A stretch of DNA of 62,462 nucleotides, the filler included. It is 3 parts of 3 records of this genome, joined end to end, with 100 filler letters (N's around TTAATTAATTAA, not from the genome) between each part and the next. Parts side by side here need not be neighbours in the genome. Positions count along the whole stretch, not along the records: positions 1 to 21,852 come from SRR22947727_4916; 2 more parts are not named here. The stretch is one strand, 5' to 3'. Below are positions 8,544-17,822 of the stretch, piece after piece; position 1 is the first letter of the stretch, and each line of letters opens with the position of its first letter. The translations under genes and the position numbers were made by a program. The notes beneath the pieces were generated by a model. The model was not told where the DNA came from, searched no databases, and saw only the letters and a program-made list of their open reading frames with translations.

Positions 8544-9881
8544 TTAAATCGCGCGGAACTTCGCTTCGACTTTTTCACCGATAAACTCTTTCACGCCGTC
8601 ACCTGCGAGGCGCTGAATCACTTCGTTCAGAAAACCAAAACTGATCATTCGACGGGCGCGCTCGGCGGGAATGCCGCGTGCTTTGAGATAGAAAATTTCT
8701 TCGTCGCTGATCTGACCGCTAGTTGAACCGTGGGAACACTTGACCTGATCGGCATCAATTTCGAGACCAGGCATCGCGTTGGCTTCTGCCTCATCACTGC
8801 CGAGCATGTTACGGCAGGTCTGGTAAGAATCGGTGTGATGCGCGTTCTCGCCAACTTGAATCAGACCGGAGAAAATCGTGCGCGACTGATCGTAAAGGGC
8901 GTTCTTGTAAAGCAGATCACTGGTGGTGTGCTGCGCTTCGTGAAGCTGCAACGTCCGCTGATCATACTCTTCCTTGCTATTCGCGAGGTTTGCTGAAAAC
9001 ATCTGGCTGTCTGCTCCGGTATCGATCATTCGCGAAACCGCTTCGTTGCGAACCCAGGCTGAACCGAGGTTCACGAAGCAGTTTTTCACCTGCGAATCGC
9101 GACCAATCCGGCTAGCATTGATCTGCATGTGCTTGGCTTTTGGGCCATTGTTTTGGAGGGACGCATATTGAATCTTGCCGCCATCACGCGCATCCAAATC
9201 GACCATGCCGATGGTGATTGGTGAGTCATCTTCAGAAATAGTCTCGAAATTCTCGATCACAGAAACAAACGAATTTGCTTCGGCCACGATGAGAGTGTGC
9301 GGAAAGTTTCCAGTCGCTTCGCCGCCGTTGAAGTGGTGAATCTCAATCGGACCATCAATCACGATGTTCTTGGGAACGTGAATAAAAATACCATTCAACG
9401 TCGCCGAACCATGCAAAGTCGCGAATTTCTCAGATCCCAAACGAACGGGATCTTGCATGAAATGCTCTTTCACCAAATCACTGTGCGTTGCTAGCGCTTC
9501 GTTGATTTCAAGACAAATCACGCCTTCAGGCAGTTTTGAAAAATCAGAATCGACCACTTCGCCATTCACGAACAGACAGTGTCCGATCGATGACTCAACC
9601 CTATTGGATCGGAAGCGCTTCACGATCGCACCCTGTTCGATCGATGAACCAACAGGGGTGATTCGTTCGAAGCGAATTTTCTTCAGGTCCGCGAAACGCC
9701 AGTCCTGATCCTTACGGGTTGGCTCCGGGGTTTCGAGAAAACTGTGCCAGGAATCGGCTTGGATTTGCTGATACCAATCAGGTAAAACATGGCCGGTGTC
9801 GCGGCGCGGAGGTTCGGAAACCCATTCTCCTTTTAAGGATGAGGATGATGACATTTCAGGCTGTTTCAAAGTTTCAGGCAT
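8544..9881 (-). CDS. sufD: Fe-S cluster assembly protein SufD
   Basis: PTRKDQDWRF, SDLLYKNAL, PGLEIDADQVKCSHGSTSG, FYLKARGI; directly downstream of sufB; start uncertain (9881 chosen). Confidence 0.92.
   Translation of the reverse strand: MPETLKQPEMSSSSSLKGEWVSEPPRRDTGHVLPDWYQQIQADSWHSFLETPEPTRKDQDWRFADLKKIRFERITPVGSSIEQGAIVKRFRSNRVESSIGHCLFVNGEVVDSDFSKLPEGVICLEINEALATHSDLVKEHFMQDPVRLGSEKFATLHGSATLNGIFIHVPKNIVIDGPIEIHHFNGGEATGNFPHTLIVAEANSFVSVIENFETISEDDSPITIGMVDLDARDGGKIQYASLQNNGPKAKHMQINASRIGRDSQVKNCFVNLGSAWVRNEAVSRMIDTGADSQMFSANLANSKEEYDQRTLQLHEAQHTTSDLLYKNALYDQSRTIFSGLIQVGENAHHTDSYQTCRNMLGSDEAEANAMPGLEIDADQVKCSHGSTSGQISDEEIFYLKARGIPAERARRMISFGFLNEVIQRLAGDGVKEFIGEKVEAKFRAI
9569..9611. repeat. 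43-bp doublet of palindromic unit inside sufD
   Basis: CGAACAGA-CAGTG-TCCGATCG-A-TGACTCAA-CCCTA-TTGGATCG; encodes RSNRVESSIGHCLF. Confidence 0.7.
9623..9665. repeat. 43-bp doublet of palindromic unit inside sufD, cores in outward arrangement
   Basis: CGATCGCA-CCCTG-TTCGATCG-A-TGAACCAA-CAGGG-GTGATTCG; encodes RITPVGSSIEQGAI. Confidence 0.7.
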
Positions 9882-9906
9882 TCGAAGAAGAGGGCAGGTG
9901 ACCACA

Positions 9907-11319
9907 TTACCCAACGGAGCCTTCCATCTGCAAATCGATGAGGCGTTTCAGTTCGACGCTGTATTCCATTGGGAATTCGCGGGCGAGGTCATTGATGAAT
10001 CCGTTCACACTCAAGCTCATAGCTTCGGCTTCGTTCAAACCCCGTTGTTTCATATAGAAAATCTGGTCTTCGCTGACTTGGCTGACGCTGGCTTCGTGCT
10101 GAGTCGCGTGCTGATTTCCCTTCACCGTGATTGCTGGATAGGTATCTGTCCGGCTGTTGGTGTTGATGAGAAGCGCGTCGCACTCGGTGTTGTTCTTGCA
10201 GCCCTTGAGATGCTTAGGAATGTGAACCTGACCACGATAAGTGGAGCGTCCTGTTCCCACAGAGATCGATTTTGCGATCACGTTCGAAGTCGTTTCGTCG
10301 GCTGCGTGGATCATTTTAGCGCCGGTGTCTTGGTGCTGTCCGTCGTTTGCGAGGGCGATTGAAATCACTTCGCCCCGAGCTTTGCGACCTTTCATGATCA
10401 CGCCTGGATATTTCATCGTGAGGCGGGATCCGATGTTGCAATCAATCCAGCGGATCTCTGCATTTTCGTGAGCAATACCGCGCTTCGTCACGAGGTTGAA
10501 AACGTTGTTCGACCAGTTCTGAACGGTGATGTATTGGATTTTCGCATCCTTCATCGCAACAAGCTCAACCACAGCCGAGTGAAGCGTCGCTGTCTCGAAT
10601 TTCGGAGCTGTGCAGCCTTCCATGTAAGTGACTTCAGCGCCTTCATCGACAATGATGAGCGTCCGCTCAAACTGACCGAAGTTCTCGGCATTGATTCGGA
10701 AATACGCCTGTAGCGGGTGTTTCACTTTCACTCCCGGAGGAACGTAGATGAAGCTTCCACCAGAGAAAACCGCGCTGTTCAGAGCTGAAAACTTGTTGTC
10801 GCCGGTTGGGATGACTTTGCCAAACCACTTGCGAAAAATCTCAGGATGTTCGCGAAGTCCTTCAGTGGAATTTACGAAGACCACTCCTTCTTTGGTAAGC
10901 TCTTCTTTTACGTTCGAATAAGCCGCTTCAGAATCGAATTGAGCTTCAACTCCCGCAAGAAACTTCCGTTCTTTCTCAGGAATCCCAAGACGCTCGAAGG
11001 TTTCTTTCACGTCGTCAGGAACCTCGTCCCATGAGCGCGTCGGCGTCTGACCTTTCGCCAGATAGTAGCGAATATTTTGGAAGACAATGTTTTCAAGGTC
11101 CTTTGATGCCCAGTGAGTTGGCATCGGTTTATCATTGAAAACTTTAAGCGCACGTTTCCGGAAGTCGCGAACCCAATCCGCTTCCTTTTTGATGTCGGAA
11201 ATGTAATCGAGGACACCTTCGTTCAGGCCGGTGCCTGCATCGTGCTTGTAGTCCTCAGGATAAGAGAAATCGCCAGTATCTGCGATATTGACTGCATCGA
11301 GTGTTGCTTGGTCGCTCAT
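9907..11319 (-). CDS. sufB: Fe-S cluster assembly protein SufB
   Basis: [32 protein letters not shown], terminal QMEGSVG. Confidence 0.97.
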   Translation of the reverse strand: MSDQATLDAVNIADTGDFSYPEDYKHDAGTGLNEGVLDYISDIKKEADWVRDFRKRALKVFNDKPMPTHWASKDLENIVFQNIRYYLAKGQTPTRSWDEVPDDVKETFERLGIPEKERKFLAGVEAQFDSEAAYSNVKEELTKEGVVFVNSTEGLREHPEIFRKWFGKVIPTGDNKFSALNSAVFSGGSFIYVPPGVKVKHPLQAYFRINAENFGQFERTLIIVDEGAEVTYMEGCTAPKFETATLHSAVVELVAMKDAKIQYITVQNWSNNVFNLVTKRGIAHENAEIRWIDCNIGSRLTMKYPGVIMKGRKARGEVISIALANDGQHQDTGAKMIHAADETTSNVIAKSISVGTGRSTYRGQVHIPKHLKGCKNNTECDALLINTNSRTDTYPAITVKGNQHATQHEASVSQVSEDQIFYMKQRGLNEAEAMSLSVNGFINDLAREFPMEYSVELKRLIDLQMEGSVG

Positions 11320-11371
11320 GTTGGAAGTTTGGTTAAAAGTTTTCGGTATTCAATACGGACGAGTTGAGGTT

Positions 11372-12130
11372 TTAAGCCGCAGCCAATTCCTCTTTCACCC
11401 AGTCGTAGCCTTTTTCTTCGAGTTCTAAAGCAAGGTCTTTGCCACCGCTTTTGACGATTTTGCCGTCAAACATCACGTGAACCACGTCAGGCACAATGTA
11501 ATCTAGTAGACGCTGGTAGTGGGTAATAACTAACATCCCACGTTCAGGGGAACGCATTGCGTTGACGCCCTGGGCAACGACTTTCAAGGCATCTATGTCG
11601 AGGCCGGAATCAGTTTCGTCGAGAACCGCGTATTTTGGCTCGAGCATCATCATTTGGAGGATCTCGTTGCGCTTTTTCTCGCCCCCGGAGAAGCCTTCGT
11701 TTACAGAGCGGCCAGTGAATTTGCGATCCATCTCGAGTTCGTCCATTTTCGCATACATGTCCTTGTAGAACGCAACGGCGTCGATTTCTTCCCCTTTAGG
11801 AAGGCGGGCCTGAAGCGCGGCGCGGAGGAAGTTTGCATTCGAAACACCCGGAATTTCGTGTGGGTATTGGAAAGCGAGAAAGAAGCCTGCGCGGGAACGC
11901 TCATCGATCTCCATACCAAGAAGATCAACCCCGTCCATCAGCGCAGAACCAGCTGTGACTTCATAATCTTCGTGGCCGGCGAGCACTTTCGAAAGTGTCG
12001 ATTTTCCAGAACCGTTTGGCCCCATAATGGCGTGAACTTCACCCTTCGGGACTTCAAGCGAGAGTCCTTTGAGGATTTCTGTGCCTTCAACTGAGGCGTG
12101 GAGATTTTCGATTTTCAGTGTGTTACTCAT
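11372..12130 (-). CDS. sufC: Fe-S cluster assembly ATPase SufC
   Basis: [55 protein letters not shown]. Confidence 0.97.
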   Translation of the reverse strand: MSNTLKIENLHASVEGTEILKGLSLEVPKGEVHAIMGPNGSGKSTLSKVLAGHEDYEVTAGSALMDGVDLLGMEIDERSRAGFFLAFQYPHEIPGVSNANFLRAALQARLPKGEEIDAVAFYKDMYAKMDELEMDRKFTGRSVNEGFSGGEKKRNEILQMMMLEPKYAVLDETDSGLDIDALKVVAQGVNAMRSPERGMLVITHYQRLLDYIVPDVVHVMFDGKIVKSGGKDLALELEEKGYDWVKEELAAA

Positions 12131-12197
12131 TTGGGAAAAAGGATTGGGGGGGGGGGCAGGATTTGGGATTCAGGGCCTCCGATCGGAAAATTATGTT

Positions 12198-12665
12198 TTA
12201 AAGTGCAGCTTTGGAATTTTCTTCGCTGCAGGTTGGGCATTTACCTCGCATCGTCACGTCGAGATGATCGACTTCGGCTCCGGAAGGGAGCTGCCAGGGA
12301 GTGGTCGCTTCGGCCTGTTTTTTCAAGTCGATGTCGAAAACCTCTTGGCATTCCGAACAAAAAAAGTGGGCGTGGGGCTGGAGATTTGGGCAAAAACGGG
12401 ATGCTTCGCGATCGACGTTCACCTGTTTCACTGCACCGACGTGAGTCAATGTTTCTAAACAGTTGTAAACCGTTGCCAGTGAGATGCTTGGCATGCGTTC
12501 TTTCGCGCGGATAAAAACCTCCGAAGCCGTCGGGTGATCCCGCTGCTCGTCCATCAACACATCGTAAACGACCTTGCGCTGTTTCGTCATGCGCAAGTCG
12601 CCCAATGGATTGGGTGGGTTGGTGACTGCAGAGTCTTCTGCCGTCGTTGTCATCTCTTTTGCCAT
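12198..12665 (-). CDS. Fur-family (Fur/PerR-like) transcriptional regulator
   Basis: RMTKQRKVV, HPTASEV, ISLATVYNCL, HAHFFCSEC and C-terminal CPTC. Confidence 0.92.
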   Translation of the reverse strand: MAKEMTTTAEDSAVTNPPNPLGDLRMTKQRKVVYDVLMDEQRDHPTASEVFIRAKERMPSISLATVYNCLETLTHVGAVKQVNVDREASRFCPNLQPHAHFFCSECQEVFDIDLKKQAEATTPWQLPSGAEVDHLDVTMRGKCPTCSEENSKAAL

Positions 12666-12723
12666 CGTTTAGAACGGGAACTCCGTCTCTCCTCAAATTA
12701 CTACGAACTGGTAGATGAAAAGG

Positions 12724-12750
12724 TTTTTAGATCAAGAACTATTCTAAAAA
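12724..12750. promoter_or_regulatory. Candidate operator upstream of fur-sufCBD
   Basis: Perfect 8-bp inverted repeat TTTTTAGA-N11-TCTAAAAA about 60 nt upstream of the regulator start; contains ATTCTAA, resembling a Per-box half site. Confidence 0.4.
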
Positions 12751-12861
12751 AGGATTTTCTACGCGAAATTTGAGGTAGCGGAAGATGTTCGGGAATCGTC
12801 TCAATGCAAGGAAAAAGCGGGACAAATTGGCCCATTTCAAGGTCTCGGAGAACCGCGTCTG

Positions 12862-13716
12862 TCAGCTCGACCAATCGTAGGCGACTTTCGAGAAATCGCG
12901 GCTTTTCAGATCTTCCGGGCGGATGAAGAAGTTTCCGATGTCACCCCAGTAAATATTGGCGTCGACATCGGAGTCCATTTGAAACATGAGAATCCAATCC
13001 TCATGTTCTACCTGATATCGCGGATCCGTTTGGGTAAAGTTTCCTCAGCCCCCGATTTTGTGCTGATTTCTCGAAGGACGGGCATAGAACCAGTTCCAAA
13101 CCTGGCCTTCAAAGGGGCCCAGCCGTTCGTAGAAATCCTTTCCAAAGATGCGGGTGAATCGGTCGCCATCGGGATTAATAAATTCAGTTCGTTTTTGGAA
13201 AGTCAGGCGAGCCTCATCCTCAAGCGGAAGGAAAACCTCACCATAATCGGTTGGTGGTGGCAAAAACGAGAAATCGTTTTTCTGCTTCGATAGATCACGA
13301 TCAACTGTCGGGAAAAAACGGACGTGATAGCCCTGATTATTCCCGGGATTCGCAAAGTTATCTTCATCCCATCCCAGCAGATCATCATGCGCCGCGATGA
13401 AGAACTGCAGGATTCCGGTTTTGGGGTAGCCCTTGAGATGGGGAATCTCCTCAAAATTGATCTGAGCGATGATTGCCATCGGACGGTCTTCCTTGTCCTT
13501 CGGATGGGATTCTCCTTTCGGGAAATAGAACGAGGAGGGGAGAAAGCGACTCTGAAAAGGATTTGTGATGGGTTTTGAAACTTTCTCAGCCGAGATTGAA
13601 ATCGACGTCAAGAACAGTTGACTGGTGAAAGAGCCGATAACTAAGATCGTTCCCAAAATCAAGGCCGCGCCGATGTAGAAGGCGATTGGGCGGCGTTTTG
13701 GAAGTTTGAATTTCAT
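12862..13716 (-). pseudogene. YwqG/DUF1963-family protein interrupted by in-frame TGA
   Basis: IAQINFEE..P..GILQFF motif; HKIGG-TGA(13045-13047)-GNFTQTDPR...FQMDSD...WGDIGNFFIRPEDLKSRDFSKVAYDWSS continues in frame to TGA 12862. Confidence 0.85.
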
Positions 13717-13756
13717 CGAGTGTCTTCCTCAGCGAACGCAAGCCGAATCTCTTGGT

Positions 13757-14264
13757 CTAGATTGATGGGAGATTGCGGTTGAATATTGCTCGAATTCCGA
13801 CGGTTTTTCGAGGTAAAGCTTGGTCGATTGGCGGCTCACCACACATTTCAGGGATCGATGGATCGGCTCCCGAATTCAAAAGTAACTCCAGGATTTTGAT
13901 ATGGCCTCCGCCTGAAGCCCTATGCAGCGGTGTTTCATCAAGGATGATCTTTGGAATCTAGATTTGCTCCGGCTTCTACGAGGATGCGGCATATTTCAAG
14001 ATGTCCCAATTGAGACGCTGCGTGTAACGGAGAGTCATCATCGGATGTTCCGTTGGGGGTGGCGTTGTGATCTATTAGCCAATCAACAATTTCTATCTGG
14101 TTTTCGGTGGCGAAAAAATGTAATGCGGACTCAGAATCTCCAAACACAGCATGATCGATAAGCTCGGGACGATTTTTGAGAAGTGATTCTGCTAACGCAA
14201 AGTCTGATGCGAGCGCGCTACGAAATTCGTAAGCGTTTTCTCTCATGCTTGGTCTTTTGGGCAT
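13757..14264 (-). pseudogene. Ankyrin-repeat protein split by a frameshift
   Basis: SALHFFA and SPLHAASQLGHLEICRILVEAGA repeats end at TGA 13938; a one-base shift near 13947 gives ILDETPLHRASGGGHIKILELLLNSGADP... to TAG 13757. Confidence 0.85.
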
Positions 14265-14454
14265 AGCAGCTTTAATTGTCGAAACTGGAGATGGAGAACC
14301 AATCGATCTCCAAATAGTCTTTTGAATTTAGCGTTAACGAGCAAACTACGTCAAGGATTCCGGCTTCGCTCCGTCACCTTATCAGAGAATCTCCTCGCGC
14401 AAACCCGCGTGGCTATTCCTTGATCATTTTCGTCGGATCTGGTTTCTTTGGAGC

Positions 14455-15750
14455 ATGAATAGACGCAATTTTGTCCGACAAACGACTGCTACGACGCTTC
14501 TCACCACTGCTGCTGGCGCGGTTTCGATTTCTAAAGCGCAGGACAATCCCAATGACCGAATCACGATCGGCGTGATCGGTGTTGGAAAACAGGGGGTTTC
14601 AGATTTCACAAAGGCGATGAGAATGCCGCAAACGCAGATGGTCGCGATGTGTGATGTGGTGGCTGAGCGAAAGGAAAACGGCAAAAAGATCGCCAATGAT
14701 TTTTATGCGAAGCTGAACAATCAGCCGGATTATGATGGCATTTCGGTTCACGAAGATTTCCGCGAAGTGATCGCGAATGAGAAGATCGATGCGGTCATGG
14801 TGGTCACTCCCGATCACTGGCACGCGATTCCCGTGGTTGCTGCAGCCAAGGCGGGAAAAGACATTTATTGCGAAAAACCGATCTCGCGGACCATAGAAGA
14901 AGGTCGTGCCATGGTGAATGCGGTGCAGGCGAATAAGGTGGTCTTTCAAACAGGAAGCCAGCAGCGCAGCGAATACGACGGCAAATTTCGGATCGCGGCC
15001 GAGCTCGTTCGCAATGGTCGGATCGGCGATATCATCTCCGTAAATATTGGCATCGGTGATCCAAATGTACCGTGCGATTTGCCGACTGAGGCAATCCCTA
15101 AAGGCACGAACTGGGATCTCTGGCTCGGGCCTGCTCAGGAACGCGGCTACAACGAGATTCTGTGCCCGAAAGCCGTTCACACTCATTTCCCGGCATGGCG
15201 TCGCTATCGCGAATATGCCGGTGGTTCGGTTGCTGATTTTGGTGCGCATCACTACGACATTGCTCAGTGGGGACTCGGCACGGACGATACCGGTCCGGTG
15301 AAAATCGTCCCGCCAGCTGACCCTGAAGCCAAGCGCGGCATGCGTTTGATTTACGAAAACGGCGTTGAAATGATCCATGGCGGCCCTGGTGGCACCACGT
15401 GGATTGGGACCAAAGGAATCATCACGGTTGATCGCGGTCGTTTGGAAATCATTCCCGGTGATCTGCGCGAGAAAAGCCCAATCACCGACAAAGACATTCG
15501 TCTCGAAAATGCAGGCGGCCGCAACGGTGTCAGCCACATGGCAAACTGGATTTCAAACGTGAAAAGCCGCGGCAAATGCATTTGTCACGAGGAAGTCGGA
15601 CACCGCACAGCAAGCCTGTGCCACATCACCAACATCGCGTATCAGCTTGATCGCGAGCTGGCCTGGGATCCGAAGACAGAGAAATTCGACGACGCCGAGG
15701 CAAACAAAATGGTCGCGCAGGAAATGCGGGGTGATTGGAAATTGTCGTGA
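14455..15750 (+). CDS. Tat-exported Gfo/Idh/MocA oxidoreductase
   Basis: MNRRNFV Tat signal; IGVIGVGKQG; TPDHWH; DIYCEKP; FQTGSQQRS. Confidence 0.92.
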   Translation: MNRRNFVRQTTATTLLTTAAGAVSISKAQDNPNDRITIGVIGVGKQGVSDFTKAMRMPQTQMVAMCDVVAERKENGKKIANDFYAKLNNQPDYDGISVHEDFREVIANEKIDAVMVVTPDHWHAIPVVAAAKAGKDIYCEKPISRTIEEGRAMVNAVQANKVVFQTGSQQRSEYDGKFRIAAELVRNGRIGDIISVNIGIGDPNVPCDLPTEAIPKGTNWDLWLGPAQERGYNEILCPKAVHTHFPAWRRYREYAGGSVADFGAHHYDIAQWGLGTDDTGPVKIVPPADPEAKRGMRLIYENGVEMIHGGPGGTTWIGTKGIITVDRGRLEIIPGDLREKSPITDKDIRLENAGGRNGVSHMANWISNVKSRGKCICHEEVGHRTASLCHITNIAYQLDRELAWDPKTEKFDDAEANKMVAQEMRGDWKLS

Positions 15751-15782
15751 ATAATTGTGGCGCGGAAAATGTAAGAGGGGAT

Positions 15783-16241
15783 ATGACGGTAAAAGTTAAT
15801 GAACGCGAATCGCTGGAAATAATGGAGCACTATGAAAATGAAATGCGTCCGTCACACCGCTATTTTCACGCCTTTGCTGAGAAATTGCGGAGCAAATTAA
15901 GTGCAGTCAGTAAAGTAGATTTGATACGGTCTTTTGATGAGGAAGAAGAACAAGATGTTGTATTTTCAATTAGCCTTCTTGCCCCTCCAATGACATTTTT
16001 TGGAATCTGTCTGGATAAGACTGATGAGTTGGCGCGACATGAGGTTATTAAGGCGTTAGAAGAAAGCGCTCAAGGGGGGAAGTTTTTGTTGTGGGTTCGA
16101 GGAGGGGGTGTTTCGCTGCTTGTTGATAAATTTGGGAACAGCTTTCTGTGGCCGAAAGATCTCAAATATTTCGCTTCATTAGATTTTTCTGAAGTTTTGT
16201 CAGAGAATCGGAATTCTTTGCTGCCGTATGGTATTTCATGA
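15783..16241 (+). CDS. Hypothetical protein
   Basis: Open frame filling the gap between two + strand genes, visibly more AT-rich; start uncertain. Confidence 0.5.
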   Translation: MTVKVNERESLEIMEHYENEMRPSHRYFHAFAEKLRSKLSAVSKVDLIRSFDEEEEQDVVFSISLLAPPMTFFGICLDKTDELARHEVIKALEESAQGGKFLLWVRGGGVSLLVDKFGNSFLWPKDLKYFASLDFSEVLSENRNSLLPYGIS

Positions 16242-16293
16242 CTCGATGCGACCATGCAATTCTCAGATTTTTTATTCAGAATAATTCCTCATT

Positions 16294-17193
16294 ATGAAAA
16301 CCGGAATAGGAATCGACCTCGGCGGCACCCAGATCAAAGGAGCCTTGTTCAATCTTGATTCCGGAGAGATCATCGAGAAAAAAATCGTGCCGTCGCTCGA
16401 TGGAGAAACGAGCGACTACGAGCCTGCGTTTCTCGTGCAGGTTCGGAACTTGATTGCTGAACTCGGCGGCGAAAAAGCCCATCATATCGGGGTTTCAGCG
16501 CCGGGAATGGCAAATAAAGAAGCTACGGCGATCAGCTATTTGCCGGAACGCCTCGATGGAATTGAAGGCTTGATTTGGAGCGACGAAATTGGGCGCACGG
16601 TTTCGGTCATAAACGACGCGCATGCCGCTCTCAAAGGCGAAGTCTGGCAAGGCAGCGCGAAAGAATGCCGCGATGTCATTTTCCTAACGCTAGGAACCGG
16701 CGTTGGCGGGGCGGTAATTTGCAATGGGAAACTGCTGCGCGGATCGATCGGAAGGGCAGGGCATCTCGGGCATATTCCGATCGATTTTCGAAAGGACGGC
16801 GACATTTGCGGAATGCCGGGCAGTCTCGAGGATTTTGTGGGGAATCACAACATCAGCGAACGATCCGAAGGTAAATTTGAATCCACTCACCTGTTGGTTA
16901 CCGCGCTTGCCGATGGCGATCCTGATGCCGAAAGCGTCTGGGAAGAATCGATGCGTGCCCTTGCAGCGGGAATCGCTGGGCTGATTAACATTTTTGATCC
17001 TGAAGCTGTCATCATCGGCGGAGGAATCAGCGCGGCGTGGTTTGAAATCGAATTTCGTCTCAAACGATTTCTCGAAGACTTTGAATGGCGACCCGACGGG
17101 CATCAGGTTCCCGTCCGAAAAGCGGAACTCGGCGAATGGGCCGGCGTCTACGGAGCGATGGCGTTTGCGATGGATGAAAAATCCTCCAAGTGA
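16294..17193 (+). CDS. ROK-family sugar kinase
   Basis: GIDLGGT, INDAHAA, LTLGTGVGGA, AGHLGH. Confidence 0.92.
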   Translation: MKTGIGIDLGGTQIKGALFNLDSGEIIEKKIVPSLDGETSDYEPAFLVQVRNLIAELGGEKAHHIGVSAPGMANKEATAISYLPERLDGIEGLIWSDEIGRTVSVINDAHAALKGEVWQGSAKECRDVIFLTLGTGVGGAVICNGKLLRGSIGRAGHLGHIPIDFRKDGDICGMPGSLEDFVGNHNISERSEGKFESTHLLVTALADGDPDAESVWEESMRALAAGIAGLINIFDPEAVIIGGGISAAWFEIEFRLKRFLEDFEWRPDGHQVPVRKAELGEWAGVYGAMAFAMDEKSSK

Positions 17194-17212
17194 GGTATGA
17201 TTGCGGCTTCCA

Positions 17213-17256
17213 CGAGTCAATAGGGTCTGTTTCGATGAACCAACCCTATTGGTTCG
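17213..17256. repeat. 44-bp doublet of palindromic unit (intergenic)
   Basis: CGAGTCAA-TAGGG-TCTGTTTCG-A-TGAACCAA-CCCTA-TTGGTTCG (one extra base). Confidence 0.85.
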
Positions 17257-17274
17257 TCAAACCGGGGCCGGAGT

Positions 17275-17368
17275 CATTCCCGCGAATTCCATTAAATTCC
17301 ATTAAATTCCCGTTTCTTCATCTAGTTGAACGGGAATTTTAAAGAATTAGTTGGAATTGACGGGAATT
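17275..17368. repeat. Long inverted repeat built from 10-bp periodic units
   Basis: ATTCC at 17276, 17286, 17296, 17306 mirrored by GAATT at 17334, 17344, 17354, 17364; 41-bp arms (31/41 complementary by my count) around a 12-nt loop. Confidence 0.8.
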
Positions 17369-17408
17369 GGAAAATGAGAGTCTGCGTCCTGACAAACGAC
17401 AATTTTAA

Positions 17409-17822
17409 ATGAGTAACGAATCCAATACTGACGACCTGAGCTTGCTCGGGCATTCCGAAAACCGGCTCCCGCAATCGCCCGACGAGGCTACGCTGGAGAC
17501 GTTTCCCAATCGCAATTCGAAGCGCGATTTTACAATCACGCTGGACTATCCCGAGTTCAGTTCGGTCTGTCCCGTAACTGGCCAGCCAGATTCAGCGCAT
17601 CTTCAAATCAGTTATGTGCCGGATGAAAAGTGCGTTGAAACGAAGTCGCTGAAGTTCTATCTGGCGTCGTTTCGGAACACAGCCTCGTTCAATGAGGACA
17701 TCGTCAATCGCGTGCTCGAAGACATGGTTGCCGCAACCAATCCGCGTCGCATGACCGTTCGCGGAAAATTCTCGCCGCGTGGGGGAATTCAACTCACGGC
17801 TGAAGCAACGTTTCCAGAATGA
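17409..17822 (+). CDS. queF: PreQ1 synthase (7-cyano-7-deazaguanine reductase, type I)
   Basis: EFSSVCPVTGQPD, VETKSLKFY, PRGGI. Confidence 0.93.
   Translation: MSNESNTDDLSLLGHSENRLPQSPDEATLETFPNRNSKRDFTITLDYPEFSSVCPVTGQPDSAHLQISYVPDEKCVETKSLKFYLASFRNTASFNEDIVNRVLEDMVAATNPRRMTVRGKFSPRGGIQLTAEATFPE

Noticed and set aside
14320-14385. attC-like remnant upstream of the ankyrin gene (contains CGGAGCGAAGC and GTTAAC on the minus strand)
   Set aside because: No matching RYYYAAC/GTTRRRY pair or convincing long hairpin.
17260-17408. PreQ1 riboswitch upstream of queF-queC
   Set aside because: I could not find a preQ1-I-like stem-loop with an A-rich tail; the region is occupied by the periodic inverted repeat.
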